A stretch of DNA of 64,000 nt. Origin: Xylographa opegraphella (Eukaryota). The position numbers were made by a program, and so were the translations under genes. The stretch spans positions 186,001-250,000 of the forward strand of contig JALDZX010000001.1 of NCBI GenBank assembly GCA_022813865.1, written 5' to 3'. Shown piece by piece: positions 49,699-63,283 of the stretch (its first letter is position 1; every line of letters starts with the position of its first letter). Under the pieces are notes generated by a model. The model did not search any database. It was given only the letters and a program-made list of their open reading frames with translations, and was not told the origin of the DNA.

Positions 49699-52306
49699 CT
49701 TTGGAGTTCAGAGACTTGAGACACAGAAAGCGAGACCTTCCGTTCGACGTGACTGGAAAATAACTGAGTCAGCTTTGGATGGGAGTGCAATTGAATTCAC
49801 GGGTTGAGAGTTGGCATCAATCCACCTGATACGCGGCAAAGTCAACATAGATGACTGTATTAGGCTGGAAAGCACGACATCCACATGATTGTCAGAGTAA
49901 ACAAGCAATGAAGCTTGGATGCAGATAAGGAGGCAGAGTTGAGATTGTGAAGAGAGATGACTAGCTTGTGGAGGTTTAACATGTGATTCTGATGCTGGCA
50001 GAGAATTCCTGCTTGTCGGAAAGCGGGGCAAACAAACCAGTGAAGGAATTGCGATTGCTCAGTGAGTGTATACAGAAATTTCGCATGGCAATGATCCAAG
50101 ATCGGCGCAAGAGAAACGGCTGCCAAAAATCTTCGAGCGCGGAAAGCAAGCAATGGGGATTCAAACTTACAAAGGTCTGAATTCCTATTTCGTTAGGCAA
50201 TGTAAGTCTATGGATGAAGATCGTGTATCAGAGCTTGGTAAAAGCTATTGAATATAGCGTCAGCTGGACCTTCAAGAGCTGAAGCCGAGTCGTGGCTTCG
50301 AACGTGAGTGAGCACAGTAGGACCTCGAACATGACTGACCAGCTAAAGCACAAGCTCTTGACCTAAGCACGACTTGCGAGTTTCGGCGTAAAGTGTCAAG
50401 AAGGCGGTCAAAGTACCGCAATCGTACCTCGCAGTACGCAGAACTCTCACAACAGAGTTATCTTTAGTGAAAGGGAAGGAACGCAAACCGTAGATCTAAG
50501 TTGTAGGAGTAGGAAATCCGCAGGTCACGATTAACTATTCGAGTCGTGATCTTAGTTAGCTGAACCATTTGTCATTCACATTGACGGCTGCAGTGCAATA
50601 ATCCCCTGCATGAATGAAGAGACGCCAAGAACTGGCAGCAGTATCATGTGAGGCTGCGGAAACATGAATTCACTTGTGAAAAAGTTAAGATCTACTCGAG
50701 ATGTCGCCCGCATAAAGCAGACAAGATTACCTTTGTCACATTATTAATAATGTGTATAGAGCGGCTGCGTGACATGAGCAGCACGAACAGCCAGGTCTTG
50801 AAAGTACGAAGTCAAACTAGGGGGAGGTCCATCTCGTAACTGGATTTGACATACCGATATTTCCTTCTATATTATTCGCACCAGTTGTCTTCTCAAGGAA
50901 ACTTTTCAAGAAACAGCTTTTTCGGAGAGCGAAGAGGGCGGCACGAATGGGTATCTGCAAAGACGTCAGAGCTCCCGCATGACAGCATAGCTCGCACATC
51001 GAATAGACGTACCAAAGTTCAACAACGGATTACAAGCCTGTATCGATCTAGTTATACAAATGGGAATCGTATCGTCCTCGAGCTCCAGTCCCCTTGATTA
51101 TTCGGTAACAGACCTCCACATCTACAAAGCAGGAGGTCCAGACTCAAATCACAAGACCATCGGCTTCGGTTCTTTCAAGACAAGGAAAACTGTCGGACAG
51201 GCTCTCGCGTTGGGGTTGGCGGGTGGGGAGGTGGCGATGGCGCTGGGACAATTGCAGCCCGTCGGCGAGCAGGGAGGCAGACTTTCTCACGACAGGCGCA
51301 GTACTGAAGTACCGGAAGAGGCCACGCTGTGGTATCCGTTCGCTACAGAATCCGAAGTAGCCAGTGGAGGTCTCGATTGAGCGGCTATGACGGAGCTGCG
51401 TCGAGGAAGGACAGCGGGCTCGTGGTGAGCGGCCAGTGTGGAGGTGAGCGTAGAATGGATTGGGCGATGCGAACCAGGCTCGAAGGATGTTGCAGCTGGC
51501 TCTTTTCTGTCGTCTCGAGAGAAGAATGCCTCAGTGCGCCAGAAGTTGTGCTGTTGGGGTTGCCGCCGAGGACGATTGCTGACTGGAGAAAGCAGAAGAT
51601 CGAGTCGAGTTAAGTCCAGTCGCGGATCCACCGCTGCTAGCTGGGGGGGGGTGGGGTTTGCGTGGGAGGGGGGATCTGATAGAATGCGGGTTAGCGAGGC
51701 GTGACCCTCGACGGAAGGCCCCCTTGTGTCTGGGGCTCCGGGGTAAAACGAAGGAGAATGAAAACGAGAATCCTTTTGGACGGGAACGCCAGTCCGTAGA
51801 GAGGATACCTTATGTTGGGTGGGCGCCATTAAGTGCTTATAGGTGGACATGCCTTCCGAGCATTATTATTCATCGAGCGCCTTCTCCTTGTGAAAGCTTT
51901 TGCGCGGCCTCCTCCGCAGCTTACGTCTCGCGTGGGAAAAAAGAGCCTGCAGAGTGGCTTGGCGCACTGAGCGCGCCTGTCACCTTCCCCACATTTCGAT
52001 CCAACATTAGGCGGCCCCGGGCAGGGGGGATTCTTAAGGGGCCCGGGTGCTGATGGCGCACAGATCGTTCGCTGGTGCTTGCAGCCAGGGCGCGTGATCT
52101 TCTTCGTCAACGCTGGGCTGCCCCCCGCGGGCTGGATCGCCGATGAGCATACGGGAGCTTCGAAGCCCCGTTGATGCACGCCATCCTCGAAAGATACCAA
52201 GATGATTGTACGCAGAACGCCCCCTGCGTGTGTCCAAGAACGACAAGGTTGCTAGCAAGCTATAGTAGTGGAACTGTGTTGACTCCCGTATGGTTTCTAT
52301 CCAATC

Positions 52307-53380
52307 CTACAGCTCTGCCCGGTCCAAGCTACCTTTGCCTATCGTGGATGCCACCGCATCTGGCCCCTTCTGCTGCCGCAGCTTCTCCTCGAATTTCGCA
52401 AATTCCTGCATTGCGATTTCTTCCTCCTGGTCCAAGACTTGGGTGACGCCTTTCACGTCTTCGATCTGAGCAGCGACAGTCAGCCGAGGTCGTCATTGGT
52501 TCATCATAGACACGGAGGATGCTTACATAGTGCATGAGCATGCTTTCGATCCCGTTCTTCAGCGTCACGGTGCTTGAGTCGCACGTCCGGCACGCTCCTC
52601 GGAGTTTGAGGAGAACATTCCCGTTCTCAAATCCTCGGAACTCGATGTCTCCTCCATCCTCTTGGATAGCCGGTCGGATCCGGGTTTCCAGGAGCTCCTT
52701 GATCATTCCCACCACTTCGCTGTCGTTCTCGTCAAACGACAACGAATCCTGTTCCGTGCCTTCCTGCCCCTTGTCCCCGGCCACCCTCTCTACCGTCTTG
52801 ACGATTTGTGCTCCCGACGTAACAGCCTCGGTTATCAAGCTGAAGACCTCGGGCTTGACATGCGCCCAATTCGTCTCTGCGGCCTTGGTGACCGTAATGA
52901 AATCCGGACCATAGAATACTGACGTTATGCCATCAATATTAAGCAGTTGAGCTGCGAGCGGGGAAGGATGCGGCGCCGCTAAGGTGGATCTTGGAGACAG
53001 GTATTCGAGGAACGGGGAAGATAGACCTTCAGGTAATATAGGATGATTGGGGAGGAATTTGAGTGCCTAAGTCAGTTAACAAAAGATATACACAATTACG
53101 GAGCCATACACACGTCGGCGTTAGGAGTGCTCTCGGTCTGTATGAATATCGTCCTACTTCCGCTCAGAACCGTAGGTTGAGCGAAAGGAGCAGGTTGGTG
53201 TAAAGGTTGAAGGGCTGGTCTCCGACGAGCGTTTGAGGCTGTGATGGCTGGCGTTCTGGCGCTGTAATGAACACTCCTGCTGCAAGGAGTGGCGAGCCTC
53301 TCGATCTTCTGGAGTCTGACGGAAGGCCGCGACCTTGTCAGTGCCCGTAGCGCCGCGATAGGAAGATTGTTGGATGCCAT
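52307..53380 (-). CDS. NFU1: Mitochondrial Fe-S cluster carrier, NifU-like
   Basis: Presequence, then IFIQTESTPNAD|ALKFLP, IRPAIQEDGGDI and GACRTCDSS (CxxC). Two introns. Confidence 0.95.
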
Positions 53381-53628
53381 ATCGTAATTGTGATCTGGGG
53401 TATCGTAAACATCAGTGGGTTCTTGCCCCTCGAATGATAAAAAGTGTCCAACGTTATCTTTGTCAGCTCTCAACTATGACGCTTTGCAACTCGGCCCGAA
53501 GAGCCCTCTTGGCACTCCGGAGCTAGGGCACTCGGGCCGAGGCCGAGAAAGCCTTAAAACGTCCGAGACCTTGAAGCGAATAATGCCGTGCGTATCGTTC
53601 GGCTCTCTTCCTGGTATTTGGCTCAGGC

Positions 53629-54339
53629 ATGGCCATCGTTTGCGAGGTGTGTAAGGAACAACCGCCGAAGTACAAGTGCCCTTCATGCCAGCTTCGATAG
53701 TGAGTACCGATGCTTCTGCTACGCCCCTGAAGATTTCATGTTCAACGACATTGCAGCTGCTCCCTCGGGTGCTACAAACAGCACAAGCTGGTACACGTTC
53801 AACAAGAAACGCAGCCACCACCACCGTCTGAAAACATCCCGACTTCACTCTCATTACCTGCCTCCAACGCACTTGGTAGGACTAGCAAGGAACCCGCGCA
53901 AGATTCTTACGGTACACTCCTGAGGTCCGCGGAGCCCGGAGAGCTCTTCACCAAGCACCCGCAACTCAAATCTCAGCTGAAAGCCATCTACGCCGCTACG
54001 CTCGAGCCATCTCAGGAAGACCAGGAAAGCGAAGCCAGGGGCCGAAAAGGCGCCAACAGAGGCCGAGGCCGAGGCCGTGGAAGAGGCAGAGGCAGAGGCA
54101 GAGGCAGAGGGAACACACACGACAACCCAGCGCCATGGACAAGGGAACGGGGATTGAAGGACGCTATGCGCCAGCTGAAAAGAACGAGGATGGCGGCAGG
54201 TCAGCAAGGTGAAGGCTTGAGGGAATTTTCGGCGCTTGTGACCAAGACATACGAAGAAACTGCATCTTCAGCACACGAGAGGATTACGGCGGCCGAGCTA
54301 CCGCCCCTTGACTCCCAAGACGACGCGGTGTGGACGTAA
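53629..54339 (+). CDS. HIT-type zinc finger protein (Hit1/ZNHIT3-like, box C/D snoRNP assembly)
   Basis: MAIVCEVCKEQPPKYKCPSCQLRY|CSLGCYKQHK spans intron 53700-53756. Contains an internal RG repeat. The ORF track misses it as a single ORF. Confidence 0.88.
54058..54110 (+). repeat. Hexamer repeat (AGAGGC/CGAGGC) encoding an (RG)n tract
   Basis: Seen directly within the zf-HIT CDS. Confidence 0.85.
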
Positions 54340-54972
54340 TCTGACATCGGCAGACCAGGCGCGGAGCATTCTCCAACTCTGCCAAGGACCAAGAAATGAA
54401 GGGGACGACGAGTGACTAAGAATGAGGAGAACTGGATGACCTGTTTCTTCATCGCGCACTGGCATTCAGATACTGTAGACATCGTTGCGAGCACATTGCG
54501 TGGGAGAAGAAGCCATACTCAACGGGGCCGCCCAATATCTCTCGTATGATGTACAGAAAAGCGATTATCGAAACATCACTAACAACACGTCCCCAGATTG
54601 CAAGCTTTCTGTCACGGCAGATAGCCGCTATCCGGCAGCAGAGATGCGGCAACTGTAATTATGGTGAATGGGGTGTGTGGAGAAGGACACGAAAACCGTG
54701 GAGTTCGCAGGTTTGGCGATCGGCGATGCGAAACGCTCTTCGAGCATCCAAGCAGACACCCATCACTTTTCAATCCCTTGGCATTCATCAAGTCGGTTGA
54801 GAAAGTGCCCTCGCTCCCACGTGCTTCAGATGAAAGGACGGAAGGCAAATTGTCAAGGCGCGAAGATTAGTTACTCTGTGAATATATGCTATATGAGTGA
54901 CAAGATCCTCCCTTTGCGAAGCTTATGCTTCCTCTCCGTAAATCATTCTTCCCATCATCCTTTTTCAGGATT

Positions 54973-57000
54973 TCATCGTTGAAACCAGTTGAACCTTTTA
55001 CGACTTTCCCCAACGCCGGGTCTTTCTAATTGGATGCTTCTTTCGTAAAGTTCCTGGAAGATAGTCAGTCTTGTGTGCCGACGAATGTGTCAAACGGCCA
55101 CGAGGAACTGTCATGAAATTCATTCCGGAGAGAATACTGCTGAGGATGGGCAAATGGTAAACAAGCAGAGCAACTCACATCATCATCCTTCGAGAATTTA
55201 CCATCCAATATCAAGCGCTGCACATCCAGATTGCGGCCGATGGTGGGATACGGAGTTCCCTGACTCCGCTGGATGCCCACAATGACATCGCCCGTGATCT
55301 CGAATTTCCGCCAATTGATGCGCTCCAGATTCTCGCCCACAAACGTGCGGTTCCCCTCTTCGGCGGAAACGAGATCCCGGCGGTGCAGGGGCAGGAACGG
55401 AATTCGTTCAATCGTAGTGTTCTCCCACGCCAGCCGATATGCGAAATGACTTTTCTGCGTGCCCATCAGGATTTCCAATCGCATGAACTCCTTTTGCGCC
55501 TGTTGTGACACCAGCTCCCGCGTCTGCGCCAGCCGGTGCACCGCTGTCCCATTGATGCCTGCAATTACCGCTCCGAGCGAGTTGTAGTTGTTCATTTGTC
55601 GGAGTTTCTATGTCTCGCGTTAATTGCACGCTCTCCATCATATCGAATTGGTTTTATCTGACTGACCCAAGCAACACCCATAAACTTCTCCAAAGCTCTG
55701 GCCCGGTGTTTGGGCTTGTCGCGTAGTAAAATCATGTTAGCCACCCAAAACGCTACGTGGTTAAATTGGTTTATCATTCGATGGACATGCTCGAGACTGT
55801 GGCACTTTTCTTTTTGCTCAGTAGACAGGCTGACATGTCTGATGAGATCTCGTGGTCGGATGGAAGTATACATAATCCAATCGATACGGGTTAGTTCTCG
55901 TGCAATATCTTCGTCTCCAACGTCCATGAACAGACGCCATTGCTCCTTGGTAAGAGGAATCCTCGTTGCGGGACAGAGCAATTCTGCTTGACGCTGAGCA
56001 GCCTCCAATGAGCTCAAGAGCGAAGAAAATGAAAGCGCTGATTGGCTACCCGATCGGCCAGCGGACGACGTAGCAGAGGGGCTTTTGGAATGCTTCACAG
56101 ATTGATTTTTAGAGTGTTCGTCGGCACGAATATTACTGGCTGTATCATTGCTATCTGGCCCTGTGTTTTCCGAAAGCATCGCCGTAACGACGCACCGCAT
56201 AGAGACAACGCTCGAAAAGCTCTCCAGAGTATTCGCTCGTCCTCTGCTAGTATCCGAGCAAGCCCAATCGGTGTCATCGTCTTCACAAACGGCTTCCAAT
56301 TGCCGACTCATCTCCTTGGCTGCTACTGCAAAAATTCGGTTTTTCCCAGTTTGTACAATAAAGGTACTCATTTGCCAACGGGTCAATGGATGCGCAAAGT
56401 CACCAGGATACTCTTCCACCCATCGTGCAAGGATAGCGAGATACCGCAGCTGAGAGCCTGTTCTGATAAGCTGAGGCTCATCATTATCACTCAAACTTTC
56501 AAAGCGGCGAATAATACCGGACAGCAGCTGAGCAGGTGCAGCAAATTTGCGGTATAGACACAAAAATACTGCCGCAAATTTCGCATCCGATTTGGACATT
56601 GGTGGAGCAAGCAATCGATCAACAAGGTCATCAAAAGAAAATCCATCTGCACGGCGTTCGTTGGATACCTGCCGAGGTGCCTCTGAAATTGTTTCCATAG
56701 TCTGGTCAGAAATTGTAGTTTCTGATGAAACATCGGTATGGTCTTGAAGGGAGGTACTCGTGGTGTTACTTGACACGCCGATTGCAGTGTCCATCACCGG
56801 CCGAGTAGGTATTTCAGATTTAAGACTAGGAGCTGGGAGTTGCGGAGCACCCGCATTTGCGGTGCTAATTGATAGGACATTCCCATTGTTAGCTGGCTCG
56901 ACTGTTGTAGGCGATGAAAGACTCAAAGACGACTGGACTCGGGAGCATAGTTCTGGATTCGTTGCAACGCCTATTCCATGAAGGTCGGAGTCTCGGTGAA

Positions 57001-57037
<37 letters not shown>

Positions 57038-58560
57038 TCCAGATCCAGAAGATCCTGATGATAACGAGCCAGCAAAGGTCGCCTGCGAATTAGAGCTAGT
57101 CAATTCAGAAGTAGCACGACCGTGTTTCGCCTTCGTGTGATGGGAATGTGAGGAGCTGAAAGAATTGGAGAAATGGGAGGTTGTCATAGCTCTAGCTCTG
57201 GAAGAGTTACTGTTAGAAGGAGGCGGAGTCCCTAATTATGATCCCTGTCAGCGTGATCACGTCTAAGAGCGATACTGAAATCTGCGTCTGTTATAAATTC
57301 CCAAAGGGACTGAAGCACAAGAATTACAGCCTTGTTTTAAAGTGACCATGTTTTGCATATTAACATTGAACGGGTCGCAGCTGATAGATTGACATCATCG
57401 AGACAGGGAATTTGGGAGTTCGCATCTCTATCAGTTGCAGCGCGAAACAAATATGTAAGAGCAATTTCACGGTAAGACAAATGCAGTATCCTTACGAGCT
57501 GCGCTGACCTGTCACATTATGGACTCATATTAATTTGTGATGCCGACCCGCTAAAAAATATAAGACGACCACAGAACGAGCCTGAGCTGCACTGACCCTT
57601 TTGTTCTGGCGACATCCCCTTGAGGATGACCGATATACATCGTTTGTGCGTCTCTGGAGCCTTTGGAGACGTCTGGAAGCACTCTATTCCCGGCAGATCT
57701 AGGCAGGACTGTTCGATCGCCCGCGGATCAAGCTGTCGACTGCCAGGGGGCTGATCGCATTTGCACGATACGAGGACACAAGGTAGGCTTCGTTTAGAAC
57801 ATGACTCTAATTTGCGAACGTAATAGTAAGCAAGCAATACATCTCAACGACTGCGATTATTGATTCTCAGATGGATCTATTTTATCCTCTGATCCGTTTC
57901 TTTAGTACGGATACCTTCTGGGCATACGGCACCCTAGCTGCCACCCGCGATCAACTCACCTAGCAATTTGGGGATCTTTCTAATGCTCTGCCTTTCAGTC
58001 ACATCATATAGCGCCAAGACACCATCGATTCGCGGCACTACTTCTTGTTCTAAGGTCTCTGGCCAACAGATTCGCTCTGAAACCACCTCGAGTGTATTTA
58101 TTGGTATCTCCACGAGTTTTATAAGAAAGACGTCACCCTCGAGGGACATTCTCTTGGATGAGACTGGTGACATTGCTGGCTTTTTGAGATCCAATGCACA
58201 TCGGATAAATGTTGATTTGCCAGAGCCCTCAGATCCAACAACAGCAAAGTTGAGTTCAGGCATAGCCGTTGTAGATGAAGAGGAGGGGGTTCTGCTTTGT
58301 TCCGCCATTGTAGTCGTTTGATGGCGTCGAATCGTAGGGTTTGTGACCCTTGAGTCTTGAGTTTTTGAGGTCCTTGCATCGTAGCTTTCTTTATTGGAGG
58401 ATAGCTGAGGTGTGACGGGCTCTGAACGTGTTCTGTCGCGTGGTAGAGGTCGAGAAGAGGTAGCTGAAGCTGTAGAGATACGTGGGTGGGTTTCTGTTCT
58501 GGACCGATTCGGTGCTTCCCCATTAGACCTTGTCTTCTTCGACTTTCGGGATTCCATCAT
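54973..58560 (-). CDS. RasGEF (REM + Cdc25 domain) with an N-terminal small-GTPase-like P-loop domain
   Basis: FAVVGSEGSGKSTF and SCKCD at the N-terminus. REM FAAVFLCLYRKF. Cdc25 motifs IARELTRID, FNHVAFWV, NNYNSLGAVIAG, IPFL and INWRKF. At least four introns; the start is approximate. Confidence 0.88.
57001..57050 (+). repeat. Hexamer repeat (AACCAG/ATCCAG) encoding a (GS)n tract in the RasGEF
   Basis: Seen directly. Confidence 0.9.
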
Positions 58561-60709
58561 CAACGGCTGCTATCCATGATGATGACGACCTCGTCAAAAT
58601 ATGTGAATTCCCCAGTCAACCACTCAGGGCTTTCGCACTCCGGTGTTTCTCGTAGGCACGAGCTCGAAATGAGGTTGATGGCGTCACCCATTCCTGATCG
58701 TCAAGAAAGGAAGCCCTCCAGACCAGGACCACTACCACCAAGAGCAGTGCAAACTTGGTAGTCCGGTACGGCCTTTGCAAGCACATAACGAGTAGCTCTT
58801 CGACTCGTTACTTGTGGCTAGTGTCCGGGTGATTAGACTGATGACTAAGCTGAGTAGCTCGGCAATACTCACAGTCCGTACTCCGTACCTATTATTTACA
58901 CTTCAACATCAACTGAACAGATGTGTCGCATAACAAGTCGCTTTTGCAATTGGCTTGTTCGATAGCAACAATGATCAGACTTCGACTCGAAACGTTACAT
59001 CCATTCCCCTTTTAATGTCACGGCAAAGGATCGATGCACCCTGTTTTCAAATCACACGAAAACCGGGCAGCCCCTACAATTGCTCCATGAACAAATTACC
59101 CACCATGCACCCACCGTTGCACGTTCATGTAATAAACCATGCAGGACTTGAGCAGCAGCCGTCACGTCTAGGCAGGGACACACGCCCCAGAACGCTAGAA
59201 AGCGACGACCATTTCAGCTTTTGATGCACCACCACTCCGTCGGCCATGCCTTCATTGATCAAGATTCACTGTCTACGATCTATTGTCCACGCTATATGCA
59301 GCCATACAATCGACCCGGGGTGCCCACCTCATAAACCAGGAGCTGAAAAGGTAGGACACAGTCGTAGTGAGCGCGTCGCCGAAATTTCCATCTACGAGCT
59401 TCACAGGCGGTTAAGGCAACATAGGTATACAGTACTCCAGTCATGTGTCGCTGACCAACTGTCGCTTCGATATATAATTGCTTAAAGGCGCGAGTGTTTT
59501 ACACTTTATCCATACTTAGCTTACCACTCGAAGATTCACACGGCGCGCATATTCGTCTGACAGCTTTTGCGCCACCTCCGATATATTTGGTGACAACTTC
59601 GACACAATTTTTAAAGTCAGAAATGTTCGTTTGTGAGCCAGGTGTGAATACCGTAAATGAGTGCTCAATAGTCTGTCGGCGCTTGTTCAGGGGGATCGGC
59701 GTCATCCTAGATAGCTTGATGAACCTTGATCTACCTTACACAGTACTGCAATGTGCTAGGTTTTAGGTAATACGGCGGTAGAGCAATCATAACAAGGACA
59801 GCCCATAGGTCGTCGGAGACCACACCATGATGCAAGCGTAAACGGTGTGCATCAGCAAAGCCATGCTGCAGCGGATGGCAAGGGTGTTCTCCATACCCGC
59901 ACTTGCAGTGGGGCGTGTTGCCCGACGCCGTCCTGAAGTCGGCGGAACGTTGACCCAAGATTGGTACGTTCAACCGAGATGCTGGATGAAGGGGGGGCTC
60001 ACATAGGCGCGAAACATCAACGAACATGAGGCCTTTCTTCTCCGTACTTGGAAGCCTGTTGTCTTCTCGACTTCTACGCAAGATGTCCAACCAGCTGCCA
60101 GCTGCGAGGACATCGCTCGTTAGGTCCTCCGTACTCCGTATCATAGTACAGTTCAACTGCTGCAACTCTTGATTTAGCCGTCGAAAGCGACTCCAGCTTG
60201 ACTGGATGGGCCTAGACTCTTGGGGGTTGCTGGAATGAGGCTTCTTTTTGACGTGCTTCCCATGGTTTTGCCCAACTAGCTCATGCCCCACACCTCCCAT
60301 TAATCTTGTCACGAGACGCCCGGTCCTTGCATTCAGTGCACGACTACTCCAGAACGACACTGGACTGCTCGACCGGTCCGCTGCCGCCTTGTTCGGCTTC
60401 AGTCGTGGTGCAAGATCGGCCTCACAGTAACTAGCTAGAGTAGTGTGCGCTACGCTGTCTTCATTTTGCACGGGCTAGCAGTAACTGGTGTTTTGCCATG
60501 AGAGCAGAAGAGCTTTCCGTCGATGTTGCTGTTCATATGCCTCGAGTCTCTTGCGAGTTTTCATACTTCAGCGTCACGGAACCATGAATTCAAAGGCACA
60601 GATAGTACCATGCAAAGTACGTTTTTGTTCTGCGGATCATCTGCGACTTGGTCGACGACTAATGTGCCTCTGACAGTCGTTCATTCCAGCCCGTTCACGG
60701 ACCCATCCT

Positions 60710-61492
60710 ATGTGGTCGGCGAAGAAGCCGTGCCAGGGCGCGAATCATGCAGAACCCTTTGACCCCTTTGAGCTCTATCGGCGACTGGAGAAGATCAGCA
60801 ACGAGCAAGCACGTGCTCATGAACGACGTCTTGCCAAAGCAGAGAAGCACAAGACCCCCCACGAATACCGCCACGTTCCTCGATACGCCGCTGCGGACTT
60901 TGTAAACACTGCCTCACGAAATTGTTACGAGAATCAAAATGTGCACCCATTGGCCCGTCTGGTTGGTCGAGTATCCAAACCTGCCGAGTCCCAGCTCCCT
61001 ACGGATGGACCTATGTCGCACTATGTGGAACAACAAGACCGGAACCTTCAGAAGATGAAAACAGCAGCGGAACGGAACCAATTCCAACGATCTCAGATTT
61101 TGCAGACTGCTGCCGAAAGCGACGAAAGTCGCGATATCTACAAACCACCCCAACGAGATTTTGAGTCTTTTTTCACTTCGAAACAGACAAGAGAAGGCTT
61201 TGGAGACGGTATCAAATCACCTCTTGCAGCGGACTTAGAGACAGCTGAAGATGGCACCAATATCCCCATAGTGCCTCGGCCTATTATCTACAAACCGGAC
61301 GACAGGCATGACTGGGCCCAGAGGGACGAAATCGAGGCTCCCTCACGGCGGGGTTTTAGAGATCATATTTTGCCTGTATTGCGGAAGACGCATTTGATTG
61401 GCAGCTCCAAGAACCAAACAGATGACTCTATAAGAGAGCGGAGACAATTGCAGCGAAGGTCAGGCATGTTGTCGTTCTCCATGTCACGATGA
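60710..61492 (+). CDS. Hypothetical protein
   Basis: 260-aa ATG-initiated ORF with protein-like motifs FDPFELYRRL, YRHVPRYAAADF, ERNQFQR and DRHDWAQRDE. Confidence 0.7.
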   Translation: MWSAKKPCQGANHAEPFDPFELYRRLEKISNEQARAHERRLAKAEKHKTPHEYRHVPRYAAADFVNTASRNCYENQNVHPLARLVGRVSKPAESQLPTDGPMSHYVEQQDRNLQKMKTAAERNQFQRSQILQTAAESDESRDIYKPPQRDFESFFTSKQTREGFGDGIKSPLAADLETAEDGTNIPIVPRPIIYKPDDRHDWAQRDEIEAPSRRGFRDHILPVLRKTHLIGSSKNQTDDSIRERRQLQRRSGMLSFSMSR

Positions 61493-62521
61493 CATGATAT
61501 CAGCATTATCCGCATTTTTTCATGTGGACATGACACGGAGTCCGACTCGCAGCTACCAGATATCAGCGCTATTCCAGGTGTCGGTATCTTGAGATCCTGG
61601 CTCAGCCCCGGAGCCTCATGCCGCTTTTCTGACTAAGGTTATCGTTTACAACTACACAATGTTCGTTCACATCTACGATTCTATATATAGTGGGTGACTA
61701 CACCATTTGCCCATAAACAATTCGGCTATATGTCATTGCATTTTGGGTGTTTCAACATAAGACTTGCGGCGATTCGGCATGTTACCAGATGGAGTGTTTG
61801 GGCTGGACTTGATTATCAATAGCCGTGATTAGGAAGTGTTCAAGTGCTCCGGAACATTTCAAGTTAGCGTCGGTGGTGCAACGAAGTCCATGGAAATGAC
61901 TCAAGGAACCTATCAGAATATGTTGTGCAACAAAGTGCATATTTTACATCGGAACAGTGAAGTCGCATGAACCCCTTCGTGCAAATTGGCCAAAGACCTT
62001 GCTGCAGCTCGTCGTCTCTTCCGCAGAGAAATCGAGCCCAGACATAGAGAATCGGGTTATCACAGCAGCACCACAGGCCGCTTCAGCGCGCAGCGCGTGC
62101 ATTTTTTTCATGATTGGTACCTTAGGCTCATCAATCTTCGAGCGTGCTTGGAAATTGTTTCGTATAGTCTGGTACTACTAAATTCTCAGAAATAATGCAA
62201 TCGGAAATAACATTGAAGTAAAAACAATTGCATCTCATGGTTGATGGACGTAGCTCGCTAAGCCAGGAATTCCTATAATAAGGACATACTGTTGAATAAG
62301 ATCTCCAGGTATTACTACTCTTATGTTACAGAGCCAAGTATGTTTTGTCGTGGGCAATCAAAAGACATTCCGCGACCTGGTGGAAAGAGACAAACGAGGT
62401 CAAAGTGGCCGGTGCGCCTTACTCCTTACGGCTAGAACATTACATTGGAAGCTGTCGACAACTGGCCGTGTAACTACCGTAACTTCTTGTCATAACGTCA
62501 AGCAGTCCCAAATTGGCCACC

Positions 62522-63058
62522 ATGTATCCAACCCGTGTATTAAGGATGCAGCCTACAATGGCGTTGATGAGGCCTGTTCCTGTGAGTCCGTCAATACAAA
62601 TTGGCTTCACTCAGAGCTAATGTATCCCCTAGAAAGAAGAGCATAGCGGTACGTGAACTGGTTCTGCGTCATTCTCACAAGCAGCAAGCTTTGCGAGCAT
62701 CACATTGGTTGTGGCGGGGACCGCATCGTATGGCTGACCATACACGTACAGCACACACTATATCACAGCGCCTACGAACGCTCAAGAAGATCCCCCCCGA
62801 ATTGATACCCTTGGGTAAGTACTCTATGATTGTCTGTGTGAGAGACCGGCTTCAACCCTCTGCTGATACTATTTTGTATTTAGGCATTGTGCTTGCGTAA
62901 GTTTCAATCCACGCAGAGATTCGTCCTATGTATAACTGATATCATCTCCCGACCTTAGTGTTGCCCTTGGTGCCGCAGCCTGGTCCATGGGCAGTAAACT
63001 CGTTACCGACAAGACCCTGCGCCTGACGAAGTCTAATCGGTCGGATACATTCAAGTAG
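62522..63058 (+). CDS. NDUFA4/MLRQ (B12D)-like small mitochondrial membrane protein
   Basis: Five exons (62522-62581, 62633-62648, 62751-62814, 62884-62896, 62959-63058) give MYPTRVLRMQPTMALMRPVP-KEEHSA-HTISQRLRTLKKIPPELIPLG-IVLA-VALGAAAWSMGSKLVTDKTLRL. Confidence 0.85.
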
Positions 63059-63283
63059 GGAGTTCGTTGATGGTTGTCTGGAGTAAAAGTTGGTACCCTC
63101 CATGCAGCTCTTTTCGACTCCATGGAAACACGACAGGTGGAAGCGTGGTTGAATAACAGCAGCATGTGGTGCAATTGGCAATAACATTAGTCTTTCTGCA
63201 GCCGAAAATTGTACATAAACAAGGCTTTTCGTATGTGTATGCAAGGTCGCACAATCCGAGAAAATACTAAGCCTTTCTGACAT

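Noticed and set aside
59731..60471. 246-aa minus-strand ORF
   Set aside because: Non-ATG start, no motifs and no clear codon bias.
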